From a virus (lineage: Duplodnaviria > Caudoviricetes): 31,609 nucleotides of DNA. Positions 24,244-31,609 of the stretch are shown piece after piece. Position numbers and translations under genes: made by a program. Numbering within the stretch: the stretch's first letter is position 1; the number at the start of each line of letters is the position of its first letter. The notes beneath the pieces are model-generated. The model was not told the origin of the DNA. It made no database searches and saw only the letters and a list, made by a program, of their open reading frames with translations. Where the stretch lies: positions 1 to 31,609 of IMG/VR virus record IMGVR_UViG_3300032330_002006; one strand, given 5' to 3'.

Positions 24244-25223
24244 ACCGATAATCTCAATTCTGCGCTCAATCCGCTATAGATGTTTTCGTTAATTGTCTCA
24301 AGGATCTCTCTGTGAGACACACCAGATCTGACCATATCGTTCACATCCTTCTGTGTTATATTGTCTGGCCAGATACACACGCTATAATTATTTCTAATCA
24401 ACTTCTCATATTGCTTGATGACTTCTCTATTTCTTGGTTCGTTGTCCAACACAAAGATTGGTCTTGTGACGGCGGGATCCAAATCGTGGTTCATACCCAG
24501 AATGGCGATGCAATTCGGTAGGAACATAGAGTCGATAGGACCTTCAACGACATATGTGTTTTCGTCCAACTTCGTCCTATCAATACCATAGCACAGATAT
24601 TGCTGATCTGGATTGAACTTGATCGTGATGTATTTTACTTCGCTAGGATAGATCGCTCTACCCTGAAATCCAACAAGATTTCCGTCTATGTCTCGGATAG
24701 GTATGATCAGCCTGGGTTCTTGACCAACTTGCTTCTCAGGATCAAACTTACGGACGAATTCAGAAAAGTTCTCTGCATAGAATAGATCGCTGTGAAAATC
24801 GCTCGGGATCTTTCTAGAAAGGACATACTCCTTGCACTCGTGGTCGTTGGGCAATTCCACCACCGAAGGTAGATCAATTCTCTTTCCTTCGAAGGTAGGT
24901 TGCTCAAATTTGAATTCAGGCTTTGTATAATTTGAATGTCCATTCTCACCCTTCTTCCACCGTTCAAGTGCATATTCTCTGCACAGTGCAGGAGATACTT
25001 GCTCCAGAAACTTATATAGAGTTGTGCTTATACCACAATTGTGGCAACGATAGAAAATATTGTTTCCCTTTTGGTAGAAGTAGCCTCTTGCTCTGTTCTT
25101 GTTCTTCTGCGAATCACCGCAGATAGGACAACGACAGTTTGCAAGATTGTCCTTCTTCCACGCGAACTTGTCGAGTGAAGAGGAAACCATAGACAGAAAT
25201 TTCTTGTCAGTTATTATTGACAT
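24228..25223 (-). CDS. 61: T4 gp61-like DNA primase
   Basis: Zn finger CPICGDS...CHNC; RLIIP, FQGR, YVVEGPIDSMF, DNEPRN, KDVND. Confidence 0.95.
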   Translation of the reverse strand: MSIITDKKFLSMVSSSLDKFAWKKDNLANCRCPICGDSQKNKNRARGYFYQKGNNIFYRCHNCGISTTLYKFLEQVSPALCREYALERWKKGENGHSNYTKPEFKFEQPTFEGKRIDLPSVVELPNDHECKEYVLSRKIPSDFHSDLFYAENFSEFVRKFDPEKQVGQEPRLIIPIRDIDGNLVGFQGRAIYPSEVKYITIKFNPDQQYLCYGIDRTKLDENTYVVEGPIDSMFLPNCIAILGMNHDLDPAVTRPIFVLDNEPRNREVIKQYEKLIRNNYSVCIWPDNITQKDVNDMVRSGVSHREILETINENIYSGLSAELRLSVWKKV

Positions 25224-25353
25224 ACATCTTAGCGTCGGGGAATGCCCGATTCGCCCATTCCTTCCACTCTGGAAGATCTTCTTCTCTTACGAATGGCAAC
25301 GATGCCATTCTCTCTTCGAGGCTACGGGTGTCGTTGTCCAAGATACGCTGCAC
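25207..25353 (-). CDS. 48-aa hypothetical protein (GTG start; absent from ORF track)
   Basis: MQRILDNDTRSLEERMASLPFVREEDLPEWKEWANRAFPDAKMYVNNN; GGAG RBS; fills helicase-primase gap. Confidence 0.6.
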   Translation of the reverse strand: MQRILDNDTRSLEERMASLPFVREEDLPEWKEWANRAFPDAKMYVNNN

Positions 25354-25369
25354 GGGGTGATACTCCACA

Positions 25370-26776
25370 TTAAATGTTCCAGTCATTTACATTACCTTTC
25401 TTCTTGAATTTCTTGATTATGTTTTCTCCATGGCCAGAGGAACCTACATCGCCCTCTTCACCAGTTCCTACCAGATCCTCCTGTTCGGAAGGATCCACAT
25501 TATGCAATTTCATCTTTGCACGGTTGATGCCTACCACGAACTTACGGTTCTTAGTGAGTTCGTTGTATCTGTTCTTCAGTTGCTTGACTATGATCTGGTT
25601 CTTCTGATCAAGTTCATCGGTTCCGATCAGGGCAAACATAAGATCAGCAGTGGCAGGAAGACCAAACGACTCTGAGGTGTTCTCAAGTCCGATGTCCGTA
25701 TTGTTGTGACCAGATCGGTTCACCTGTGTCGCTGTGAACACAGGAACATTCCTTTCGATGGCAAGACCACGCAACTCCTCTGCTATTGCCTTGATGACGC
25801 TATATGAACTCATCGTTGCGGATGCCTTGACACGGGCAGATGAACAGATGTTCAGATAGTCGATGAAGATGATGTCTGGTTTGAACTTCTTCTTGAGCAA
25901 CAACTCGTCAAGAAGATGACGGAAGTGATTGACATGGGCAGTGGCAGTAGGATACTCCTTGATGATGAGTTGTCCCGTCACTCCCTTGGTCGCATTATAG
26001 AGTTTCTTACCATACATCTGCTTCGTCAGATGCTTCATATCGTCAAGAGTGATGTCCATAATATTGGCATCAATTCTCTCCGCGATGCGCTCTTCCGACA
26101 TCTCGCAAGTGATGTAGAGGACATTCTTGTTCTGCATCAGGCAGTTTGCAGCATGATGGCAAAGAAATAGCGACTTACCTACACCAGTTCCTGCGATGAC
26201 TACATTCAGCGTCTTTTGTGGGACGCCACCATTCGTGATGGTGTTGAAAAACTCGATGTCGAAGGGAATCTTCTGCTCGATCTTGTGATAGTAGTCGTAT
26301 CTCTTCTCTGCATCCTTGAGAAAGTCGTGACCGATATTCGTGTCAAAGGATACGGATAGGGCTTCAGAAAGTATCGACGGTAGTGATGTAGGTGTTTTTG
26401 TCTTGCTCTTTCCTTCGATGATCTGAATGGATTCCAGAACAGCGTTGTAGAGAGCACGCTCCTTACAGAACTTTTCAGTTTCATCCACCAGCCAATCTTC
26501 GTCTTCGTTGGTGCATACGAGATCCCCAACAAGTTGCTGAGATTTCTCATATTCTCCTTGGGACAAGTCCTTGTCATTTTGCAGGGAAATGACGAGCGCA
26601 TCTTTGTTCGGTAGTTTGTTGTATGAATTGATGTAATCATATATCTTTGCAAATACCTTTCTTTCGCTGTTCTCTGAAAAATATTCTTCCTTGATGAAGG
26701 GCAAAACTCTGCGAGAATACCCTTCGTTAAATACGAGTCCCTGAAGAATTACCTTCTGAATAGTTGTGTTCATCAT
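25370..26776 (-). CDS. 41: T4 gp41-like replicative helicase
   Basis: AGTGVGKS Walker A, IIKEYPT, IFIDYLNIC, AEELRGLA, ATQVNR, SESFGLPATAD. Confidence 0.96.
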   Translation of the reverse strand: MMNTTIQKVILQGLVFNEGYSRRVLPFIKEEYFSENSERKVFAKIYDYINSYNKLPNKDALVISLQNDKDLSQGEYEKSQQLVGDLVCTNEDEDWLVDETEKFCKERALYNAVLESIQIIEGKSKTKTPTSLPSILSEALSVSFDTNIGHDFLKDAEKRYDYYHKIEQKIPFDIEFFNTITNGGVPQKTLNVVIAGTGVGKSLFLCHHAANCLMQNKNVLYITCEMSEERIAERIDANIMDITLDDMKHLTKQMYGKKLYNATKGVTGQLIIKEYPTATAHVNHFRHLLDELLLKKKFKPDIIFIDYLNICSSARVKASATMSSYSVIKAIAEELRGLAIERNVPVFTATQVNRSGHNNTDIGLENTSESFGLPATADLMFALIGTDELDQKNQIIVKQLKNRYNELTKNRKFVVGINRAKMKLHNVDPSEQEDLVGTGEEGDVGSSGHGENIIKKFKKKGNVNDWNI

Positions 26777-27831
26777 TCCTCATCATTATCAATCTTTTCC
26801 AGTTCTGCCATGATCTCCGCATCGGTGGTAAGGATGTCTCCATTAGAAATCGCATACTTATTTTTTACGAAATCGCTGAAGGTCTTATCTGTAAGAATCG
26901 GGAGCCAAAATTCCTTACTGTCTGTTTCCTTGATACGCCACTTTGTATCTTCACCCTTTCGCGCATACCAACCGTTCGATGGCTTGACGACATGACCAGA
27001 TTCCAGAGCAATATCAAGCAAACCACTCCAACGACTGATTCCACCTTCAAAGGATACATTTACTGGGATCTTCGACTTCTCCTTCACATAACGCGACTTC
27101 TCGACATTAATGATGAAGTTGTAGCCAGTGAGTTCGGTTCCATCCTTCTCCTGCTGACGACCAAGGATGAAGATGTTGTCGGCAGAGTAGTACGAACCAG
27201 TTCCACCACCAACGATGTCCTTGGGATACATTCCGATTTCCTTATAGGTATGGTTGACCACCACCATAGGAATGTCCTTGAGGTTGAGATGTGGTGTGAT
27301 CATACGGAACAAGGACTTCATCTGCTTCGCACGGGACATATCGGCAACCGACTTACCTTCCATAGCATCCTCCACTTCCTTCTTGGAAGCAAGATTACCG
27401 ATGGAGTCGATGATGACCATAAGGTGTTCACCGCGCTCGACGCCATTCAGTTGCTGCATAATGTCGAACTTGAGTTCCTCCACATCCTTGATTGGGGTAT
27501 GAAGAACACGATCTTGGTCGATTCCAAATGTCTCGAAATATCCCTGCGGAGTACCGAATTCCGAATCGTAGAACAGAAGGGCCGCGTCTGGATACTTGTC
27601 GAGATATGACTTTGCCATCAACAGAGAGAAAGCGGTCTTGAAATGCTTGCTTGGTCCTGCCCACATCGTGATGCCAGGAATAAAACCACCATCAAGACGA
27701 CCAGATAATGCCACATTGATGACAGGGATGCTGGTCGGAATCATATCCTTCTTTATGAAGAACTTGGATTGTGAAAGAACCGACGAGTCCTTGATCGTAC
27801 TGTTTTTCTTGAGTTTATCTAAAATTCCCAT
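26773..27831 (-). CDS. uvsX: UvsX RecA-like recombinase
   Basis: AGPSKHFKT, YDSEFG, IDSIGNLASKKE, DMSRAK, GGTGSYYSAD. Confidence 0.96.
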   Translation of the reverse strand: MGILDKLKKNSTIKDSSVLSQSKFFIKKDMIPTSIPVINVALSGRLDGGFIPGITMWAGPSKHFKTAFSLLMAKSYLDKYPDAALLFYDSEFGTPQGYFETFGIDQDRVLHTPIKDVEELKFDIMQQLNGVERGEHLMVIIDSIGNLASKKEVEDAMEGKSVADMSRAKQMKSLFRMITPHLNLKDIPMVVVNHTYKEIGMYPKDIVGGGTGSYYSADNIFILGRQQEKDGTELTGYNFIINVEKSRYVKEKSKIPVNVSFEGGISRWSGLLDIALESGHVVKPSNGWYARKGEDTKWRIKETDSKEFWLPILTDKTFSDFVKNKYAISNGDILTTDAEIMAELEKIDNDEE

Positions 27832-28033
27832 TCTTCAAATCCTTTATAATATCGAGTGTTCTCTGCTTTATGTCCTTATAGAAATCTGCTTCACGCAAGT
27901 AGAATTCATAAGTATCAATACTTCCATTTTTCATCTTGGACAATTCTTTAATCGTCACGACAGCATCTTCGTGCTTTTGCTCAAGAAGAGGAAGAATTTT
28001 CTCAAAATAATCAACATCAATTTTAATACTCAT
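27815..28033 (-). CDS. Hypothetical protein, 72 aa
   Basis: ATGA-coupled to polymerase, overlaps uvsX start. Confidence 0.7.
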   Translation of the reverse strand: MSIKIDVDYFEKILPLLEQKHEDAVVTIKELSKMKNGSIDTYEFYLREADFYKDIKQRTLDIIKDLKNGNFR

Positions 28034-30615
28034 TCGAACAACGACTCCAGTGTATTTGTTTTTTCACATTTCCAACCTATGGAGTTGGTAATAGTGACTA
28101 GAGGTTCGAGGAATGTCTTCTCGAACTGTCTATTATAATCTACAAACCTCTCAAGATCAAGTTCCTTCGGGATAGATCCGAAGAAAGACACTACCTGATC
28201 TCCAATCGGATTAGGCACCTTTAGGTAGACATACTTCACCTTCTCGCCGTCCTTAATCAACTGATATTTCTTCAGAAGTTTGCGGGATTTTATGGCGTGA
28301 TTGTAGAGCAGAGATCCCTTGACATGAATAGGTGTTGACTTTCGATAGATGGTGGTAGTATCGGCGTATTCAGTCATACCCTTGCAACTGCTGTTTCTTG
28401 CCACCTTCTCTGGTTTCATCTTGTTGAATTCATTCCTGAACTTATCGACATACGAAATCAGAGCATCCTCATCGGATGTCATAAGAATGTAAATAGCATC
28501 CTTGAGTGCCACACGAACGACCTGCGGTGTAGATGATCTAGTCGTTTCGATGCCCATGATCTTCAATTCTGGCACATCAAGAAGAACATCATCCTCACCC
28601 ATATACACATTCAACATATAACGCTTCTTGGCAGTCCAGATCCCCTTATTGCAGATCGACTCGCGCTTCATATTCATCTTCTGTGCATACGCATTCATCA
28701 TATCCGAAAGTTCCTGATACTTCTTGTTGATGAATGAACCTATCGTTGTTCTGCACGCTTTGTCTAGGAATGTGACTATCTTCTTCGTATCCGTGCAGTC
28801 GGGAAGAACCTTGCTTACGAGTTCATCCAACTTGATGTAAACGGAGTCAGTATCGCTGGCAATAATGTAGTCAACATCGTTGGTAGAGCAGGTCTTGTTT
28901 AGGAACTGATTTAGATACATTTCTATCCAACGAATGGACAATTGTCCAGAGATGGTGATTGCTTCGGCAAGATCAAGATCGTAATAACGGAAATACTGAT
29001 TACCTACAGCACCGAATGCCGAGTTCAACTGGATCTTTCGAACAAGTTGAAAGTTGTGGTATTTCGCTACATCCAGATTGAGTTGTGTCTTCTCTTGCTC
29101 TGTCAGATCCTTTCGCTCCTTGAGTTGGCGCTTGCACTCAAGCATCTTCTTCTTGTACATCTTTCGCTCTTCGTACATCTTCTCCATCAGCGTGGGGAGA
29201 AATCCCTTCCTGTCCTTGCGGAAGGCTACACCGTTTGCAGCAATCGAATAATCATCCTGCTTGGCATTTCGCAGATAGTCGGCAGGATCCGTGAATGTCT
29301 TTACTGCTTCTCCACGAACCATACGAAGAACCGAATCTGGAGAAAGAGAAGTGCGGAAGTATGCAGGGTTCTTCACCTTGGTTTCTGGCGAGATGTTATA
29401 CTGCATAATCAAGTGAGGATACAGCGAATCCAAATCGAAGGATGCAATCCACTTGTGCATACCTGTCTGTGGATCCTTGACATAACCACCAGCAAACTGC
29501 TCTTCCTTCTCCTCCACGATCTTCTGTGGGATCACGATTCCCTGATCCGACAAGAAGTGGTAAATAATGGCATCCCAAGTTCGGACTTGCGAGAATACAT
29601 CGGAAAGGTTTACCTTCGCGTTGTATGCAAGAGCGACTGCAAGTTCAAGAAGTCGAAGTTTGTTCTCCAACTTGACTACGAGTTCCACATCAATATAGTT
29701 GTACTTGACGAACTTCGCAAAGTCCTTCTTGTAGAACTCCTGAAGGTTGGAATAATCCTCATAGGAAATCTTGTTCTCACCCAACTCGACGGATGCGATG
29801 TGGTCGAGACGATACGATTCTCTAGTAACGAATGTGAACTTGCGATAGAGATCGAAGTAGTCCAGAGCGGCAATACCAACCAGATCATACACCGTATAGT
29901 CGTTCTGCTTGACCTGCACCACTCTGGTCTTGATTGCTTCCCACGGAGACAAACGCTTGGATTCTCCTTCACCGAGCATCTTCTCTATCCGACAGACGAG
30001 ATACGGAATGTCGTAGAACTGAATGTTCCAACCAGTGACGACATCAATATCTTCGTCTCTCCAAATAGAGATAAACGCTTCGAGGAGTTCCCTCTCGTCG
30101 TCATAATCAATCACAGTGTGGTTTTCATTTTCCTTGTTCGCTTGACCAAGGCAAAGAGTGATCGTCTTATCTCGGTTTCCCTGCACGAAACGCATCGTGA
30201 TCACATTTACTCTCTGATCGCATTTCTCAATACTCGGAAACCCATCTTCACATTCGACTTCGATGTCCAAGTAGCACACCTTCAGCGCCGATTGATCGTA
30301 CTGAATTTCGCCAGGAAACTGATCGTGAATGAATGTATAGGTGAAGTCCGTGTTGCCATAGATCTCTATACCATCGACACCTTCGTACTCCTTTATGAAA
30401 TCTCGACAGTCGCGTATCGAACCGAAGTCGATGCGATCAACGAACTTGCCATCAAGAGTTCTGTGTTCCGTCTTTTTCTCAGATGGCCAGAAGAGATATG
30501 GATTGTAGTTCTTTACAATCGTGGTGCGTCTATAAGAAGAACTGGTCGGTGACTTTTCGTATCCCCGACACAGTATCTTCTCACCTCGCACGAAGGCGTG
30601 GGTGTAGAAATTCAT
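28030..30615 (-). CDS. 43: T4 gp43-like family B DNA polymerase
   Basis: Exo DIEV, GWNIQFYDIPY, YNYID; pol SFDLDSLYP, KIQLNSAFG, SDTDS, KKRY; ATGA overlap supports MNFYTH start. Confidence 0.97.
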   Translation of the reverse strand: MNFYTHAFVRGEKILCRGYEKSPTSSSYRRTTIVKNYNPYLFWPSEKKTEHRTLDGKFVDRIDFGSIRDCRDFIKEYEGVDGIEIYGNTDFTYTFIHDQFPGEIQYDQSALKVCYLDIEVECEDGFPSIEKCDQRVNVITMRFVQGNRDKTITLCLGQANKENENHTVIDYDDERELLEAFISIWRDEDIDVVTGWNIQFYDIPYLVCRIEKMLGEGESKRLSPWEAIKTRVVQVKQNDYTVYDLVGIAALDYFDLYRKFTFVTRESYRLDHIASVELGENKISYEDYSNLQEFYKKDFAKFVKYNYIDVELVVKLENKLRLLELAVALAYNAKVNLSDVFSQVRTWDAIIYHFLSDQGIVIPQKIVEEKEEQFAGGYVKDPQTGMHKWIASFDLDSLYPHLIMQYNISPETKVKNPAYFRTSLSPDSVLRMVRGEAVKTFTDPADYLRNAKQDDYSIAANGVAFRKDRKGFLPTLMEKMYEERKMYKKKMLECKRQLKERKDLTEQEKTQLNLDVAKYHNFQLVRKIQLNSAFGAVGNQYFRYYDLDLAEAITISGQLSIRWIEMYLNQFLNKTCSTNDVDYIIASDTDSVYIKLDELVSKVLPDCTDTKKIVTFLDKACRTTIGSFINKKYQELSDMMNAYAQKMNMKRESICNKGIWTAKKRYMLNVYMGEDDVLLDVPELKIMGIETTRSSTPQVVRVALKDAIYILMTSDEDALISYVDKFRNEFNKMKPEKVARNSSCKGMTEYADTTTIYRKSTPIHVKGSLLYNHAIKSRKLLKKYQLIKDGEKVKYVYLKVPNPIGDQVVSFFGSIPKELDLERFVDYNRQFEKTFLEPLVTITNSIGWKCEKTNTLESLFE

Positions 30616-31025
30616 TTTCTGTTCTTGCAGCAACCTTTGTATTCTTGTTCGGTCAACAATCTTGGCTCAATATAGATCTTCGGTTCTTCGATCTTCTGTT
30701 CTGGATTTTGAGCATCCTTGTCCGAAATATAAGCAGAAAGCAATACCATATAGTTAATGACATCAATACAAGTATCCTTGAAAGATTCATCGGCCACATG
30801 CATCTTGCCGGCACGAATGAATGAACTCAATCTACTCATCTTATCCGTAAGACGAACCATAAATCCCTGTTCGGTCTTGCAGATGCCCATGCTTTCGACA
30901 CGGGTAAAGTTGGCAAAAGGTTCGATTCCTTCGTTCCCTGCATAATCCTTGTTTTTTGCTTTCATCAGTTCTCTGGCTTCGGAGCAGAGTTTCATATGAT
31001 GATCTAGCAATTCGTCACGGGTCAT
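30612..31025 (-). CDS. Small all-alpha protein, DUF1599/nucleotide-modification-associated-like
   Basis: KNKDYA...FANF...VRLTDKMSRL...DESFKDTCIDVINY; AGGAG RBS before MTRDEL. Confidence 0.7.
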   Translation of the reverse strand: MTRDELLDHHMKLCSEARELMKAKNKDYAGNEGIEPFANFTRVESMGICKTEQGFMVRLTDKMSRLSSFIRAGKMHVADESFKDTCIDVINYMVLLSAYISDKDAQNPEQKIEEPKIYIEPRLLTEQEYKGCCKNRK

Positions 31026-31026
31026 A

Positions 31027-31548
31027 TCACACTCCTGTGGAACCAAATCCACCATTACGATCAGTTTTCTGAACTGGATTAGTATAGCACTCTTCTATAG
31101 TATAGTCAAGTGATTTCACCAATTCTCCTTGGGCAATCCTATCTCCGTGTTTGATAGTAACCCGATCAAGAGAGTCGTTCTTCACCATAATGAAGCACTC
31201 GTGTATGTAGTCCGAATCTATGACACCTTCACTGTTTGCCAAAACAATTCCCTGTTTAAAAGACAATCCAGATCTAGGATGAATTCTAATGGAATATCCT
31301 TTTGGAATATCGAACACCAATCCAGTTGGAATCAATACTCTGAAATAAGAAGGTATTGTTACTTGTGGTGTGTTGTTTTCATCAAATGAACAACAATCAA
31401 TCTCTATCTGCTGATTCAGAGCAGAATATGCCTTTATCTTATCATCAGTTAGACAAGCAGATATATCAAAACAGGCAGATTGTTGAGTGGCAAATGAAGG
31501 TGTAGTCGCAGACGGTTTTGTCTTAAATATTCCGAGTTTAGCATTCAT
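31027..31548 (-). CDS. dut: Trimeric dUTPase
   Basis: SACFDI, IPTGL, PRSGLS, GVIDSDY, GDRIAQ, RNGGFGSTG. Confidence 0.96.
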   Translation of the reverse strand: MNAKLGIFKTKPSATTPSFATQQSACFDISACLTDDKIKAYSALNQQIEIDCCSFDENNTPQVTIPSYFRVLIPTGLVFDIPKGYSIRIHPRSGLSFKQGIVLANSEGVIDSDYIHECFIMVKNDSLDRVTIKHGDRIAQGELVKSLDYTIEECYTNPVQKTDRNGGFGSTGV

Positions 31549-31609
31549 TATGACAATATCTCGTTCTTTCTTTCTTCTGAAAACACACCAACAGAGACCA
31601 GATAATCCA
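31548..31609 (-). CDS. C-terminal fragment of upstream hypothetical protein
   Basis: ...DYLVSVGVFSEERKNEILS* with TAATG coupling to dut. Confidence 0.6.
   Translation of the reverse strand, partial: DYLVSVGVFSEERKNEILS

Noticed and set aside
26764-27609. 281-aa plus-strand ORF and the many other antisense or alternate-frame ORFs in the track
   Set aside because: Fully overlap well-supported genes and lack RBS or protein-like motifs
28942-30552. 536-aa plus-strand ORF
   Set aside because: Antisense shadow of gp43; no recognisable motifs, explained by codon bias on the coding strand
18240-30615. Introns or inteins in nrdJ, helicase, uvsX or polymerase
   Set aside because: ORFs are continuous, of ordinary length, with motifs in expected spacing
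1-31609. Stop-codon reassignment (the gene ends I checked use TAA or TGA, not TAG)
   Set aside because: Core genes are full length under the standard code with no in-frame TAG interruptions

Overview
A 31.6-kb fragment of a T4-like (large myovirus-type) phage genome with two convergent blocks. Right block (minus strand, ~16.7-31.6 kb): dUTPase, a small all-alpha nucleotide-associated protein, gp43 DNA polymerase, UvsX, gp41 helicase, gp61 primase, ThyX, an inserted three-gene collagen/fibre cassette, class II RNR (NrdJ), an SNase-like nuclease and a RuvC-like resolvase. Left block (mostly plus strand, ~0.3-16.8 kb): about 25 late genes behind (A/C/T)TAAATA boxes. Most begin with a short leader ending in L/I-x-E that resembles the T4 internal-protein capsid-targeting sequence, so I infer a very large set of head-packaged proteins. 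It includes four paralogs built as constant leader plus variable payload, His-rich ligase-like, nucleotidyltransferase-HNH and HAD enzymes, and a candidate holin plus unimolecular spanin. Non-coding highlights: a ~113-nt structured RNA candidate running from a perfect late promoter to a U tract (17327-17440), tandem NrdR-like boxes over a sigma70 promoter of nrdJ, and face-to-face late promoters serving an uncalled 55-aa gene. All family assignments are from motif recognition by eye; no searches or folding programs were run.
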